DNA of 64,000 nucleotides, taken from NCBI GenBank assembly GCA_049720225.1, contig JBNASD010000001.1, positions 293,217-357,216 of the forward strand, given 5' to 3'. The translations under genes were made by a program, and so were the position numbers. Positions within the stretch are counted from its first letter, which is position 1. Each line of letters starts with the position of its first letter. This document shows positions 1 through 9,367 of this stretch, piece by piece. The notes under the pieces are model-generated. The model saw only the letters and a program-made list of their open reading frames with translations. It ran no database searches and was not told where the DNA came from. This DNA is from Microgenomates group bacterium (lineage in GTDB: Bacteria; Patescibacteriota; Microgenomatia; PFEM01; JBNASD01).

Positions 1-603
1 TCCATTAGGACTAAAACCACTTCCACTAATTAAAACTGTGTCGGTTGGTGCATAATCAGCTTTGTCCGTTGCTAACTGAGCGCTTTGGGCAATATTCTGA
101 ACATCTAAATCCAAAGAGTTAACTGACTCAGTAGAAACATTATCCAAAATTAAAGCAGTAAGTTCTCCTTTTTCTGGTTGTTCTTTGACATCCTGAGAAG
201 TCAAATCTTGTTTTACTTCTGCTGTTGGCTCTTTCAAATCTTCTACCGCTGGTTTTTCAGTTGGTAATGCTCCTGTCGGTATTGTTTCATTTAGTATTAC
301 CCCACCTGAGGACTCCATACTTGTTCCTTCTTTAGGTGAAGTTTCGGGTGTCGGTGACGCTTCTTGAGTTGAGCTATTATCTACCACTGTTTCCGTTGTT
401 GAAGGTGGTACCTCTTCTGGAGTTTCTACTCTCGCTGTTTGGTCAATTTCTTGTACTGAAGAGGCTGGTTCTTCGGCTAAAATTGGTCGATAAAAAAGAA
501 AACCGTAATTAAATTGAAAAATTAAAGAAATTACCGTAAGAAGAGAAAAAAATTTCTGAAGTGTTTTAATTCTTTTAACTGATAATTTAAAAATTAATCT
601 CAC
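1..603 (-). CDS. Secreted Ser/Thr/Pro/Glu-rich (mucin-like) protein, N-terminal part only; the gene continues past the window start
   Basis: I translated the reverse strand myself. An open frame runs from a GTG at 601-603 to beyond position 1. It begins VRLIFKLSVKRIKTLQKFFSLLTVISLIFQ, a signal-peptide-like start, followed by an acidic T/S/P-rich region. The ORF track omits it because it is truncated by the window edge. The start codon is inferred, not certain. Confidence 0.45.
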   Translation of the reverse strand, partial: MRLIFKLSVKRIKTLQKFFSLLTVISLIFQFNYGFLFYRPILAEEPASSVQEIDQTARVETPEEVPPSTTETVVDNSSTQEASPTPETSPKEGTSMESSGGVILNETIPTGALPTEKPAVEDLKEPTAEVKQDLTSQDVKEQPEKGELTALILDNVSTESVNSLDLDVQNIAQSAQLATDKADYAPTDTVLISGSGFSPNG

Positions 604-688
604 ATTATTGGGGCAGGTTACCCGCACTATACCATTAATAATTATATTTTGTCAAGTTTTTCTTAAAAGTCAACTATAAATAAATACA

Positions 689-1321
689 TCAATTTACCTC
701 TTTAGCAATTACTATAAGTCTTTTTAAGGTGGTTCCTGGTGGATAACAGGTTTGTAAAGTTAAAGTTTTTCCTGAAACATGATTTTTAATATAATCTTCT
801 AAAATTTCTGGAGAAACTACTTTTTTTTCTACTACATTATATATATATTTTTTTCCTTGATAAAAAATATTTATTTCGTCTCCTTTTTCTAATTTTCCAA
901 TCAAAAAAAATACCGCATTATATCGATTTACATTCCAAAAAACATCAGTGGAATGAGCAAAAAGAAATACATTACCTACCTCCCCTGGATAAGCACTTCC
1001 TCTAGAATGAGCGACTCCTTTTTTAAGAATTGATAAATACTCATTGAGATTAGTGGGATCAACTTCCGCAAAAATTTTAGCATTAACACCAATTTTGGGA
1101 ATAACAATTCCAAAGTCAGTATCTAAAGGAATTATTGTGTCTTCTTTAAAACTTGAAGAAAAAAAAGACGAAATTAAAGAAGAAGAATTGCTAAACCTTT
1201 TAAACTGATACTTAATTTCTTCTTTTAAAACTGGAAAAAAAATTAAGCCAATAATTATTACCCCACCAATTATTAAAAGATTACCTATTTTTTTCAATAA
1301 TCTAAAGTTTATTTTGGCCAA
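689..1321 (-). CDS. Sortase family transpeptidase
   Basis: It has an N-terminal TM anchor, the conserved His context NVFLFAHS, the TLxTC catalytic motif (TLTLQTCYP) and a downstream Arg (LKRLIV). It overlaps the subtilase stop by 13 nt, consistent with an operon. Confidence 0.8.
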   Translation of the reverse strand: MAKINFRLLKKIGNLLIIGGVIIIGLIFFPVLKEEIKYQFKRFSNSSSLISSFFSSSFKEDTIIPLDTDFGIVIPKIGVNAKIFAEVDPTNLNEYLSILKKGVAHSRGSAYPGEVGNVFLFAHSTDVFWNVNRYNAVFFLIGKLEKGDEINIFYQGKKYIYNVVEKKVVSPEILEDYIKNHVSGKTLTLQTCYPPGTTLKRLIVIAKEVN

Positions 1322-3006
1322 TAATAACTCCGATTAGTAAGGTAACTTTTTCCATCTAAACATCTCACTTCGTAAACAGGAGTTAATGATTTTTTCCTTC
1401 TTACAGTCCAATCTTCATTATCTGCAGGATCTGAATAATAATAAACTTCTTCTTTTCGACTAACAGAGTTATAACTTAACGAACCATATCTCCCTTCTGC
1501 ACATTTACAAAATTTATTAAGTTGGTTTTGATTAAGATAAAGATATTGATATTCTTCCCTCCAGCACAAAATCGGTGAAGGTGAAGGAGGAGGAATGGGA
1601 GTTAAAGTTGGAGTAACTTCAGGCGTGGGAGTGGGTGTTGAAGTAGGACTAGTGGTGGGTAAAGGAGTAGGGGTATCACTCGCAGTAGGAGTGGGTGTAA
1701 ACTCCGGTGTTGGGATAGCCGTTGGAGTAAAACTCGGCGTGGGAAACGCCCCTAACGCAGCCGCCGCATCAACTAATCCCCATCCATAAATATCATCTCT
1801 TCCCGGTGTTCCTTTGTCTTCCGCTGTTTGTTGAAGAATATTCTTCACTTCTAAAGGACTATTTGCTCTACCGGCAGAAATTACTAATGCCGCTACCCCA
1901 GAAACATGAGGAGTAGCCATTGAAGTTCCTTGATAAAAATAATAACCCCATTCAATTTTCGCCCCCTTTTTAACAAATGTTTGTTGTAAAACACCATCAC
2001 CATAACCATCTTTATTTTGATCAATACTCGTATTTCCTCCGGGTGCTACCAAATCAACTGAAGGTCCATAATTTGAATAAGGAGCTTTTGTTTCATCATA
2101 TTGAGTTGCTCCTACCGCAATTACATAATCATCATAACTAGCCGGATATAAACAGTTTGGTTTATTATCATTTCCGCAAGCAGCAATAACGACTACCCCC
2201 TTTTGATAAGCATAAGCAACCGCTTCTTTTAATGTTTGAGAATCGGAAGTTCCTCCCAAACTTAAATTAATTATCTTGGCTTTATTATCTACCGCCCAAC
2301 GAATTCCATCGGCAACATCAGCATATGTCCCTGAACCACTCGCATCTAACACTCTTACTGGCATCAAACAACTTTTATAAGCAATTCCTGCTACCCCTAA
2401 ACTATTATTAGTACTTTGGGCAATTGTGCCGGCAACATGAGTTCCGTGACCATTTTCATCAGTAGGATCGCTATCATTATTCACAAAATCATAACCAGCA
2501 ACAAAGCAAGTATTTAGCAGATCAGTCCCCCTTCTTATTCCTGAATCAACTACTGCTACTGTTACTCCTTCTCCCTTACTAACCTCCCATGCTTTTTCCA
2601 TCTGAATTCCTCCATAGACAGAATTATCTAAATGCCATTGATAAGAATAATAAGGATCATTAGGAACCATCAATGCATAAATCAAATAATTCGGTTCCGC
2701 ATAAGCGACTAAGGGATTTTTAGAGAAAGCTTTAATTATTTCTTTTTCCTTTCCCTTAGGAACTTTTAAAACAAAGGTTTTTTCTTTTCCTATCTGTTTT
2801 TTAATTTTTCCCTGATAAAGTTCAATTAACTTTTCCGAAATTATTTGGGGAACAAAAGAATTAAATTTAACAATTATTTCTTCAGGCACCATTTTTTCTT
2901 CAGAAAAATCAAAAGAAGCAAAAGTATTCGATGAATGATTAATAACTAAAAAAGAAGTTAAGAAAAAAAGTAAAATAAAAGGGAGAAATTTTTTCATTAT
3001 TATCAT
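1309..3006 (-). CDS. Subtilisin-like serine protease (peptidase S8) with a Pro/Thr-rich linker and a small Cys-containing C-terminal domain
   Basis: It has a signal peptide and an I9-like propeptide. The catalytic triad motifs are VAVVDSGI (Asp), [10 protein letters not shown] (His) and [15 protein letters not shown] (Ser). A PTPTP-type linker is followed by about 85 aa with 4 Cys. There is no LPXTG. Confidence 0.9.
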   Translation of the reverse strand: MIIMKKFLPFILLFFLTSFLVINHSSNTFASFDFSEEKMVPEEIIVKFNSFVPQIISEKLIELYQGKIKKQIGKEKTFVLKVPKGKEKEIIKAFSKNPLVAYAEPNYLIYALMVPNDPYYSYQWHLDNSVYGGIQMEKAWEVSKGEGVTVAVVDSGIRRGTDLLNTCFVAGYDFVNNDSDPTDENGHGTHVAGTIAQSTNNSLGVAGIAYKSCLMPVRVLDASGSGTYADVADGIRWAVDNKAKIINLSLGGTSDSQTLKEAVAYAYQKGVVVIAACGNDNKPNCLYPASYDDYVIAVGATQYDETKAPYSNYGPSVDLVAPGGNTSIDQNKDGYGDGVLQQTFVKKGAKIEWGYYFYQGTSMATPHVSGVAALVISAGRANSPLEVKNILQQTAEDKGTPGRDDIYGWGLVDAAAALGAFPTPSFTPTAIPTPEFTPTPTASDTPTPLPTTSPTSTPTPTPEVTPTLTPIPPPSPSPILCWREEYQYLYLNQNQLNKFCKCAEGRYGSLSYNSVSRKEEVYYYSDPADNEDWTVRRKKSLTPVYEVRCLDGKSYLTNRSYYWPK

Positions 3007-3039
3007 TATATAAATTAGGCTTAAAAATTGTCAATCTTT

Positions 3040-4026
3040 CTAGTAACCTTCAGGATGAGTTTTGTGCCATTTCCAAGCGGTTTCCACAATTGTTTTTAAA
3101 TCTGAATATTTTGGCTCCCAATTTAAGGTTTTTTTAATTTTTTCTGCTTTGGCAATTAACTGCGCCGGATCACCTGGTCGCCGAGAACCAACAGGAGAAG
3201 GAAAATCCACTCCAGAAACCTTTTTCACCATTTCTACTACCTCTTTAACCGAAAATCCTTTTCCTGTTCCCACATTAAAATAATAAAAATCAACCGGCGC
3301 TTTCTTAAGAAAATTTAAAGCTTTAACATGGGCATCAGCTAAATCTAAAACATGAATATAATCACGAATACAAGTACCATCGGGAGTAGGATAATCATCA
3401 CCAAAAATTTGAAATTCGGGAATTTTTCCTAAAGCGGCCAAACACGCTCTGGTAATTAAATGGGTTGGTTTGGGATAATCTTGACCGAAATTTCCATCCA
3501 AAGAAGCGCCAGCGGCATTAAAATAGCGCAAAGCCACTGAAGAAAGTTTATAAGCACCAGCATACCATTTTAAAATTTTTTCCACCATCAATTTTGATTC
3601 TCCATAAGGATTAGTAGGATTTTTAGGGGAATCTTCATCTATAGGAACTACCTCTGGTTCTCCATAAACTGCCGCTGTTGAAGAAAAAACAATTTTTAAA
3701 ACCCCGTACTTAATCATTACCCGCAAAAGGTTTAAGGTACCTAATACATTGTTATAAAAATACTTCTCCGGATTTAAAACCGATTCTCCAACCTCAATAT
3801 AAGCGGCAAAATGAATTACCCCTTCTGGCTTTTCTTTCTCAAAAATTTTTTCTAGCAAATCAATATCTTTTTGCAAATTTCCTTGATAAAAGGAAGTCTC
3901 GGGAATAGCTTGAAGATGACCTGTTTCTAAACTATCAAAAACCACCGGAGTAAAACCTGCCTTTTTTAAAGCATCAACTGTAAAACTACCAATATAACCT
4001 GCACCACCGGTGACTAAAATTTTCAT
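3040..4026 (-). CDS. galE: UDP-glucose 4-epimerase
   Basis: It has the Rossmann motif VTGGAGYIGS, the catalytic YGESK (YxxxK), and an overall length and order typical of GalE. Confidence 0.85.
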   Translation of the reverse strand: MKILVTGGAGYIGSFTVDALKKAGFTPVVFDSLETGHLQAIPETSFYQGNLQKDIDLLEKIFEKEKPEGVIHFAAYIEVGESVLNPEKYFYNNVLGTLNLLRVMIKYGVLKIVFSSTAAVYGEPEVVPIDEDSPKNPTNPYGESKLMVEKILKWYAGAYKLSSVALRYFNAAGASLDGNFGQDYPKPTHLITRACLAALGKIPEFQIFGDDYPTPDGTCIRDYIHVLDLADAHVKALNFLKKAPVDFYYFNVGTGKGFSVKEVVEMVKKVSGVDFPSPVGSRRPGDPAQLIAKAEKIKKTLNWEPKYSDLKTIVETAWKWHKTHPEGY

Positions 4027-4382
4027 TTAATAATCTCCTCTTTTAAAATTTTAGCAAAAAAACCACCACTAAAATCAACCACTAAATCTTGCCATTGAAA
4101 GGTTCTGGTAGGAACAAAAATTTGATGAACCTCATCAAAAAAAGCATAACCCCAAACACAAATTAAAGGAAGAAGAAAATCTTTTTTAATTTTTCCGAAG
4201 TTAATTGCCCGAAAAAATAAAAAATAACCAATTCCATAAAAAAGAAAATGAGCTCCGCTACGAATTATTTCATCCCAAAAATTATTCTCCGCTACCCGTA
4301 AATTAGGGATTGAAGATAAATAAAAAAGAGTTCCCATCCATATTCCTACCGGAAGCCATAATTTAATTTTGACTTTTGCCAT
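4023..4382 (-). CDS. VanZ-like family membrane protein
   Basis: It is small with 3-4 TM segments. It has a DEVHQIFVPTRTFQWQDLVVDFSG motif resembling the VanZ signature (DE.HQ...R.....D...d..G). It overlaps the galE start by 4 nt. Confidence 0.55.
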   Translation of the reverse strand: MAKVKIKLWLPVGIWMGTLFYLSSIPNLRVAENNFWDEIIRSGAHFLFYGIGYFLFFRAINFGKIKKDFLLPLICVWGYAFFDEVHQIFVPTRTFQWQDLVVDFSGGFFAKILKEEIIK

Positions 4383-5544
4383 TTGATTTTTGCCCTTTTA
4401 TTTGAGTATACCAAAAATAAACTCCCCCACCAAAAAGAAGCAAAAATCCTCCTCCTATAAACAATATTCCTATCCATTTTTTATTTTTAGGCGTTTCTGG
4501 GGAAGGAAAAACCATTTCTCCTTCTTCCGTTGATTCCCACGGATAAAAAGCGGAAGTTGCCGGTTGGCTTTCTCCTAAAATTTCTCCCTCTTTAGTAGCA
4601 GTTTCTGAGGGATGAATTTTAAAAGTAGGAGTAGGAGAATTAGGTGGCAATGATATTAAAGGAATAAAAGTAGGTGTTGCTGTAGGTAAAGAGGTAGGTG
4701 AAGAATAAGAAACATTTTCTTTTTCCATTATCGGATTAACTTCTAAATTATCTCCTGCTTTAATCTCAATTCTTTCTGACCAACTTTGGTAACCCGTTTT
4801 TTGTAACTCAATTAAATGACTACCAAATCCACAATCCACATAGGTATCACATTTACAACCCTCACAAAAAGTTAAAACTTCCGGTGCATAATGGTGAATA
4901 TAAACGCCATCGACATAAATTTTAACGTTGGAAATCGTCTCTCCGTTTTTATTTTTTACCTCATTTATTTTGTAAAAGGCTTTAGGAAAAGAAGTAGGAG
5001 TAAAAGAAACGGTTATTGAAGGAGTAACACTTAAAGCCAAAGTGGGTGTGGAAGAAGGGGTAGAAATTAAACATTCATTATCAGAAGGGGTAGGATTAGA
5101 AAAAACCACCCATTGAGAACTACCATCTGGTAATCTCCCTGTAGAACTTCCTTTTGGATGCAAAGGAATTTCTGAAGAAAAATAAGTTACCGAATCTACT
5201 AAATTTCCATCTTTGTCAAAGAGTCTAATACTATCACCATCGTTATTCAGTCGATTAGCAAAATTAAACTTCCGAAAACTTTTAGGACAAATAAATCCGG
5301 TTAAAATAATTTTATTTGTTTCCGTATTATCTCTAATTATCCATCCATTTAAATCAATTTCTTTATCGCTTAAATTATAAAGTTCCACCCAATCAGGATT
5401 TTCGGTAGTTCCATCAGTTACCGCTGCGAATTCATTAATCACTATTTCCGCGGCCAAACTAGAAGAAGAAAATAAAAATAAAAAAGTTATCATTAAAAAG
5501 AAGATTTTTGTCTTTTGAAACCACCCTCTCCTCCGGGCAGGCAT
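4363..5544 (-). CDS. Cell-surface protein with a lamin-tail domain (LTD), a PEGA-like domain and a C-terminal TM anchor
   Basis: It has a signal peptide. The LTD signature is INEF...DWVELYN...DLNGW...NDGDSIRLFDKDGNLVDSVTY. S/T/P linkers follow, then a PEGA-like block (KIYVDGVYI...QKTGYQSW). The C-terminus is a hydrophobic helix plus a basic tail (KKWIGILFIGGGFLLLFGGGVYFW..KGQKSNGKSQN). There is no canonical LPXTG. Confidence 0.7.
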   Translation of the reverse strand: MPARRRGWFQKTKIFFLMITFLFLFSSSSLAAEIVINEFAAVTDGTTENPDWVELYNLSDKEIDLNGWIIRDNTETNKIILTGFICPKSFRKFNFANRLNNDGDSIRLFDKDGNLVDSVTYFSSEIPLHPKGSSTGRLPDGSSQWVVFSNPTPSDNECLISTPSSTPTLALSVTPSITVSFTPTSFPKAFYKINEVKNKNGETISNVKIYVDGVYIHHYAPEVLTFCEGCKCDTYVDCGFGSHLIELQKTGYQSWSERIEIKAGDNLEVNPIMEKENVSYSSPTSLPTATPTFIPLISLPPNSPTPTFKIHPSETATKEGEILGESQPATSAFYPWESTEEGEMVFPSPETPKNKKWIGILFIGGGFLLLFGGGVYFWYTQIKGQKSNGKSQN

Positions 5545-5547
5545 TTT

Positions 5548-6042
5548 TTAACGATTTAAAAATAGCCTTTTAATTTTTCTTTTAATTTGAATAATTATCC
5601 ATTTAGAACGTAATTCTTTTGGTAATTCATTTAATCCTTTAAAAACTCTATAAAAAGGAGCTTTTTTAATATTTAAGGCGTCTTTTATTTTTAAAGGACT
5701 TGGAGGAGTAGTTTTCTTTAACGCTTCTTTAATTTCCATCCAAGCAACCTCTAAATTTTCTTTAGGATCTGTTTTTAGTTTACCCCCCTTACTTAAACAA
5801 ATAAAAGTGATATTTAGAGTCGGAAAAAATTTAAGATTTCTAAAATAAATTCCGGAAACTTTTAATGGTTTTATTTTTATTCCTGTTTCTTCATAAGTTT
5901 CGCGAATTACCGCCTCTAATAATGATTCTCCTTTTTCTACCTTTCCTCCGGGAATAGTCCAAATTTTTAAATCTTCCCTTTTTTGCACTAAGACTTTAGT
6001 TTTATTTTTGTTAAAAACAACCGCGCTAACTCCGATATCCAT
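5548..6042 (-). CDS. NUDIX hydrolase
   Basis: The Nudix box is GGKVEKGESLLEAVIRETYEETGI (Gx5Ex7REUxEExGU). Confidence 0.85.
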   Translation of the reverse strand: MDIGVSAVVFNKNKTKVLVQKREDLKIWTIPGGKVEKGESLLEAVIRETYEETGIKIKPLKVSGIYFRNLKFFPTLNITFICLSKGGKLKTDPKENLEVAWMEIKEALKKTTPPSPLKIKDALNIKKAPFYRVFKGLNELPKELRSKWIIIQIKRKIKRLFLNR

Positions 6043-6046
6043 TTTT

Positions 6047-7264
6047 TTACTTAAATACTACAATTTTATCTATTAAACCAATACTATAAAAATCTTTAAA
6101 ATTTTTATCATAACCATGCCAAGGATCGTGCATAATATAATTATCTTGCTCTTTTTTCTTAATCACGACAAAATGTCCATCACCGCCTAAATTTAAATGG
6201 ACAATTACTGGTCGCCCCTCATTTAATTCTTTATCCATTTCGTTTATTCCTCCTACCACAATATAACTTTTTCCTGGCGGGGCTGGCCAAGGTTGAAGCA
6301 TATAAGCGGTGGTGCTAAAAAAATAAGAAGGATTAGAAGCAATTTCGATTGGGGTAATATTTTGCCCATAAAATTTATGAATCATTGCCACACTAGATAC
6401 TAAACACCCGACATCAAAGATTATTTCTGAAGACAATCCAATTGTTTTCTTTGCCCATCTTTCATCTCGTTGGCTAAAAAACCAACCGTCAGGACTATTT
6501 TGTGGCGGCAAAATTCCTCCAGTTTGTTTAGAGGTAAAACCCTTAAGGCTTCTTACCTCGGCTATTGCTTTTGCTAAAAGTTGTTGATATTTTGTTTCGT
6601 TATTTTGAGTCACTGCCAAAAGGTTTTCTTTTGCTTTTTTCTCTTGAGCCAAAATTGCCTTTTGAGATTCCAATTTCTTTTTTGCCGCCTCCAATTCTTT
6701 CTGTTTTTCTTCTTTAATATTTTTTTCATCCTCAAAATTAGTTCTCACTGTTTCTAATTGAATCATTAGTTTCTTATCATGAATTTGCATTACTTTAAGA
6801 TACTTCCAACGATTAATAAAATGAGAAAAACTATCAGAAGAAAAAAGAATAAAAACAGGGTCTATCTTTCCCTTCTTATAAGTAGCGCTTACTCGCTTCA
6901 TTAAAATTTCAGACAATTGATTTAAAGAAAGGTCTAATTTATCGATTTTTTTGTCTAAATCGACAATTTCTTTTTCTAAAATTTCTATCTGTTTAGTAGT
7001 GGCGTAAATTCGGGTGGTGGTTAAGTTAATCGCCGCATCAAATTTGGCAATCTCATTTTTTAAGGTTTGTTTTTGCTGACCAACTTGAGATAAAAGATTA
7101 GAAAAAATTCTCTCGCATTCTTCTACTTCTTCTACCTTAAGCTCTCCTTTACCAATTTTATTCTCGCATTCTTCTTGGGTAATTGCTTCAATTTTTCCCG
7201 AAAAAAAACTAAAAATTAAACAAAAAATTAATAAAAAAAGAAGCTTTCTGAAAATTTTCTCCAT
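6047..7264 (-). CDS. Secreted coiled-coil protein with a C-terminal papain-like (C39-like) cysteine peptidase domain; a PcsB/EnvC-type putative FtsEX-coupled cell-wall hydrolase
   Basis: It has a signal peptide and about 220 aa of heptad-rich coiled coil with many E/K/Q residues. The C-terminus has Q..W...GC (QRDERW...DVGCLVSSVAM) followed by His/Asp (GHFVVI, MHDPWHG), as in the Peptidase_C39_2 fold. It lies immediately downstream of ftsE-ftsX on the same strand. Confidence 0.6.
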   Translation of the reverse strand: MEKIFRKLLFLLIFCLIFSFFSGKIEAITQEECENKIGKGELKVEEVEECERIFSNLLSQVGQQKQTLKNEIAKFDAAINLTTTRIYATTKQIEILEKEIVDLDKKIDKLDLSLNQLSEILMKRVSATYKKGKIDPVFILFSSDSFSHFINRWKYLKVMQIHDKKLMIQLETVRTNFEDEKNIKEEKQKELEAAKKKLESQKAILAQEKKAKENLLAVTQNNETKYQQLLAKAIAEVRSLKGFTSKQTGGILPPQNSPDGWFFSQRDERWAKKTIGLSSEIIFDVGCLVSSVAMIHKFYGQNITPIEIASNPSYFFSTTAYMLQPWPAPPGKSYIVVGGINEMDKELNEGRPVIVHLNLGGDGHFVVIKKKEQDNYIMHDPWHGYDKNFKDFYSIGLIDKIVVFK

Positions 7265-7265
7265 T

Positions 7266-8135
7266 TCATTTAAGATATTTTCTTACTGCTAGCCAACTTC
7301 CTAAACAACCAATTAAAACTCCCAACGTCAATTCTCCTCCCAAAACCATCAACATAAAAATAACGGAAACAGGCAAAAGCGATATTCCTTCTAAAAATTC
7401 TTTCAAAAATGGTGTCGAATAAAGTAAAAGAAGAAAAGCTAATCCCCACCCCAAAATTCCACCTAATACTCCGTAAAAAATTCCCTCTAGAATAAAAGGA
7501 AAATAAATATAGCCCTTAGTAGCACCCAAAAGTTGAAGAATTTCTACCTCTTTTTTCCTTAAAGCAACTTTCATTCCAATAATTACTAAAATTACTAAAA
7601 AGGAAACTAAACTTAAAAAAGAAATCATTCCTATTCCAATTTTTCTTAAGTTATCAGTCCAATTTTTTAATGATTTTACAATGTCTTCCTGATAAACCAC
7701 CTCCTCCACGAAAATACTTTCTTTTAAAATTTTTGCTACTTCTCCTAAATAAGAAATATCAGTGGTAGAAACTTCTAAAGAGGCAGGTAAAATATTAGCA
7801 GTTACCATTTCTAAAAGTAGGGGGTCGTTTTTATTTTGTTCTTGATAAATTTTTAAAGCTTCTTCTTTGGAAACATACTTTATTTCTTTTATTTTTCCAG
7901 TCGCTAACAAACGAGACTTTAATTCATTTATTTGTCCTTCAGTTGCTTCATCTTTGAAAAAAGCAGTTACCTGAGGACGAGTTTCAAAAAATTGAAGAAT
8001 CTTTTGTGAACCTACTGCTGACAAAAAAAGGAGTGTAGAAATAAAAAAAGTCAATGTCATTATCCCAATTGCCGCTAAGGCTTGATAAGGAGAACGACGA
8101 ATATGTTTCCAGGTTGTCGCCAAATGATCTTTCAT
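7266..8135 (-). CDS. ftsX: Cell division ABC transporter permease FtsX
   Basis: It has one N-terminal TM, a large extracytoplasmic domain, then three C-terminal TMs. It is adjacent to ftsE. Confidence 0.8.
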   Translation of the reverse strand: MKDHLATTWKHIRRSPYQALAAIGIMTLTFFISTLLFLSAVGSQKILQFFETRPQVTAFFKDEATEGQINELKSRLLATGKIKEIKYVSKEEALKIYQEQNKNDPLLLEMVTANILPASLEVSTTDISYLGEVAKILKESIFVEEVVYQEDIVKSLKNWTDNLRKIGIGMISFLSLVSFLVILVIIGMKVALRKKEVEILQLLGATKGYIYFPFILEGIFYGVLGGILGWGLAFLLLLYSTPFLKEFLEGISLLPVSVIFMLMVLGGELTLGVLIGCLGSWLAVRKYLK

Positions 8136-8141
8136 AAAAAA

Positions 8142-8813
8142 CTATTTCTCTCCTTTCTTTTTATCGGCAACAACTTTTCCTTTATCTAATTCAATAATTC
8201 TTTTTTTAAACCTTTTTACTATTTCTACATTATGAGTAGCCATAATTACTATTTTTCCTCCTTGATTAATTTTTTCTAATAAGTCAACTATCTGTTGGCC
8301 AGTACTAATATCTAAATTTCCCGTTGGTTCATCGGCAATTATAATTTCTGGATCACCAACTATTGCTCGGGCAATACAAACTCGCTGCAACTCTCCTCCT
8401 GCTAATTGAGCGGGAAAAAAATTAGCTCTTTCGCTTAAACCAACTTGTTCTAAGGTTTCTTTAACTTTTTGTTCAATTTCTTCCTCTTTCTTTTTTAAAA
8501 TTTTTAATGGCAAAGCAATGTTTTCAAAAACGGTTTGATCGGGCAAAAGCTTTAAATCTTGAAAAATCATTCCTATTTTTCTTCGATAGTAAGGGATTTT
8601 TTTTCGTGGCACCGAAGCTAAATTTACCCCTGCAATTTCTATTTCTCCTTCGGTAGGAAGATATTCCCTTAAAATTAAGCGGGCAATTGTTGTTTTTCCC
8701 GCTCCCGAAGGTCCCATCAAAAATACAAATTCACCCGGTTCGATTTCAAAACTAACGTTTTCTAAAGCAGTAATCTCGCCAAATTTTTTGGTAACATTTT
8801 TAAAACTAATCAT
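8142..8813 (-). CDS. ftsE: Cell division ATP-binding protein FtsE
   Basis: Walker A is GPSGAGKTT, the ABC signature is LAGGELQRV, and Walker B is [11 protein letters not shown]. At 223 aa it has the size typical of FtsE. Confidence 0.85.
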   Translation of the reverse strand: MISFKNVTKKFGEITALENVSFEIEPGEFVFLMGPSGAGKTTIARLILREYLPTEGEIEIAGVNLASVPRKKIPYYRRKIGMIFQDLKLLPDQTVFENIALPLKILKKKEEEIEQKVKETLEQVGLSERANFFPAQLAGGELQRVCIARAIVGDPEIIIADEPTGNLDISTGQQIVDLLEKINQGGKIVIMATHNVEIVKRFKKRIIELDKGKVVADKKKGEK

Positions 8814-8833
8814 TTTATAATTTTGGGAATTAA

Positions 8834-9325
8834 TTAAATCCCCTCAGGGCAGGAATTTAACACCTTTACCCAACCCACATCTAATAACCACGCCGCTTTT
8901 TGTCCTTTAAAGGTTTCTCCTAAAATTTCTACACATTTACCCACAAATAAATCTAAATCTACCATTGAACTGGTTAAATAAGCAGTTTGACTTGGTCCCC
9001 CGGGACGAATTAATTTATGAGTCCCCTCCGGAATATCTTGATTGTCATTTTTTTCAATTCTTCCAAAAGCCTGGTCTTTAAAAGTTTTTGGATCTTTTAT
9101 TCCCATTTCCTGAGGAATTTTTTTTCCTTCCTTATTAACAAATTCTTTTTTTTCTGATATTCCCACTCTACCTTTTTCTTTATTCGCCAAAAACCAACCA
9201 GTAGCCCCTCCCGCTAAAATAATCACCAAAATTATTAAAGCAGGCAATAAAATTTCTCTAAAAAAGGGTTTTTTCTCCTCTTTTGGAGAATCACTTAGGG
9301 TTTTAACTAATTTTTCTTCCTCCAT
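8834..9325 (-). CDS. Hypothetical membrane-anchored protein
   Basis: It has a single TM (LLPALIILVIILAGGATGWFL). An SD (AAGGAGG) sits upstream. I recognise no family. Confidence 0.4.
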   Translation of the reverse strand: MEEEKLVKTLSDSPKEEKKPFFREILLPALIILVIILAGGATGWFLANKEKGRVGISEKKEFVNKEGKKIPQEMGIKDPKTFKDQAFGRIEKNDNQDIPEGTHKLIRPGGPSQTAYLTSSMVDLDLFVGKCVEILGETFKGQKAAWLLDVGWVKVLNSCPEGI

Positions 9326-9367
9326 TTTTCCTCCTTTTTATTTAAAAGGATATCACAAAAGTTAATC

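Noticed and set aside
1595-1789. Plus-strand ORF encoding a GVGV repeat protein
   Set aside because: It is the antisense of the Pro/Thr-rich linker of the subtilase gene. Its low-complexity translation is a mirror of PTPTP codons, not a gene.
4363-5544. PEP-CTERM or LPXTG sorting signal in the LTD protein
   Set aside because: The C-terminus has SPETP followed by a TM helix and a basic tail but neither a PEP nor an LPXTG tripeptide. I report it only as a non-canonical anchor, not as a recognised sorting signal.
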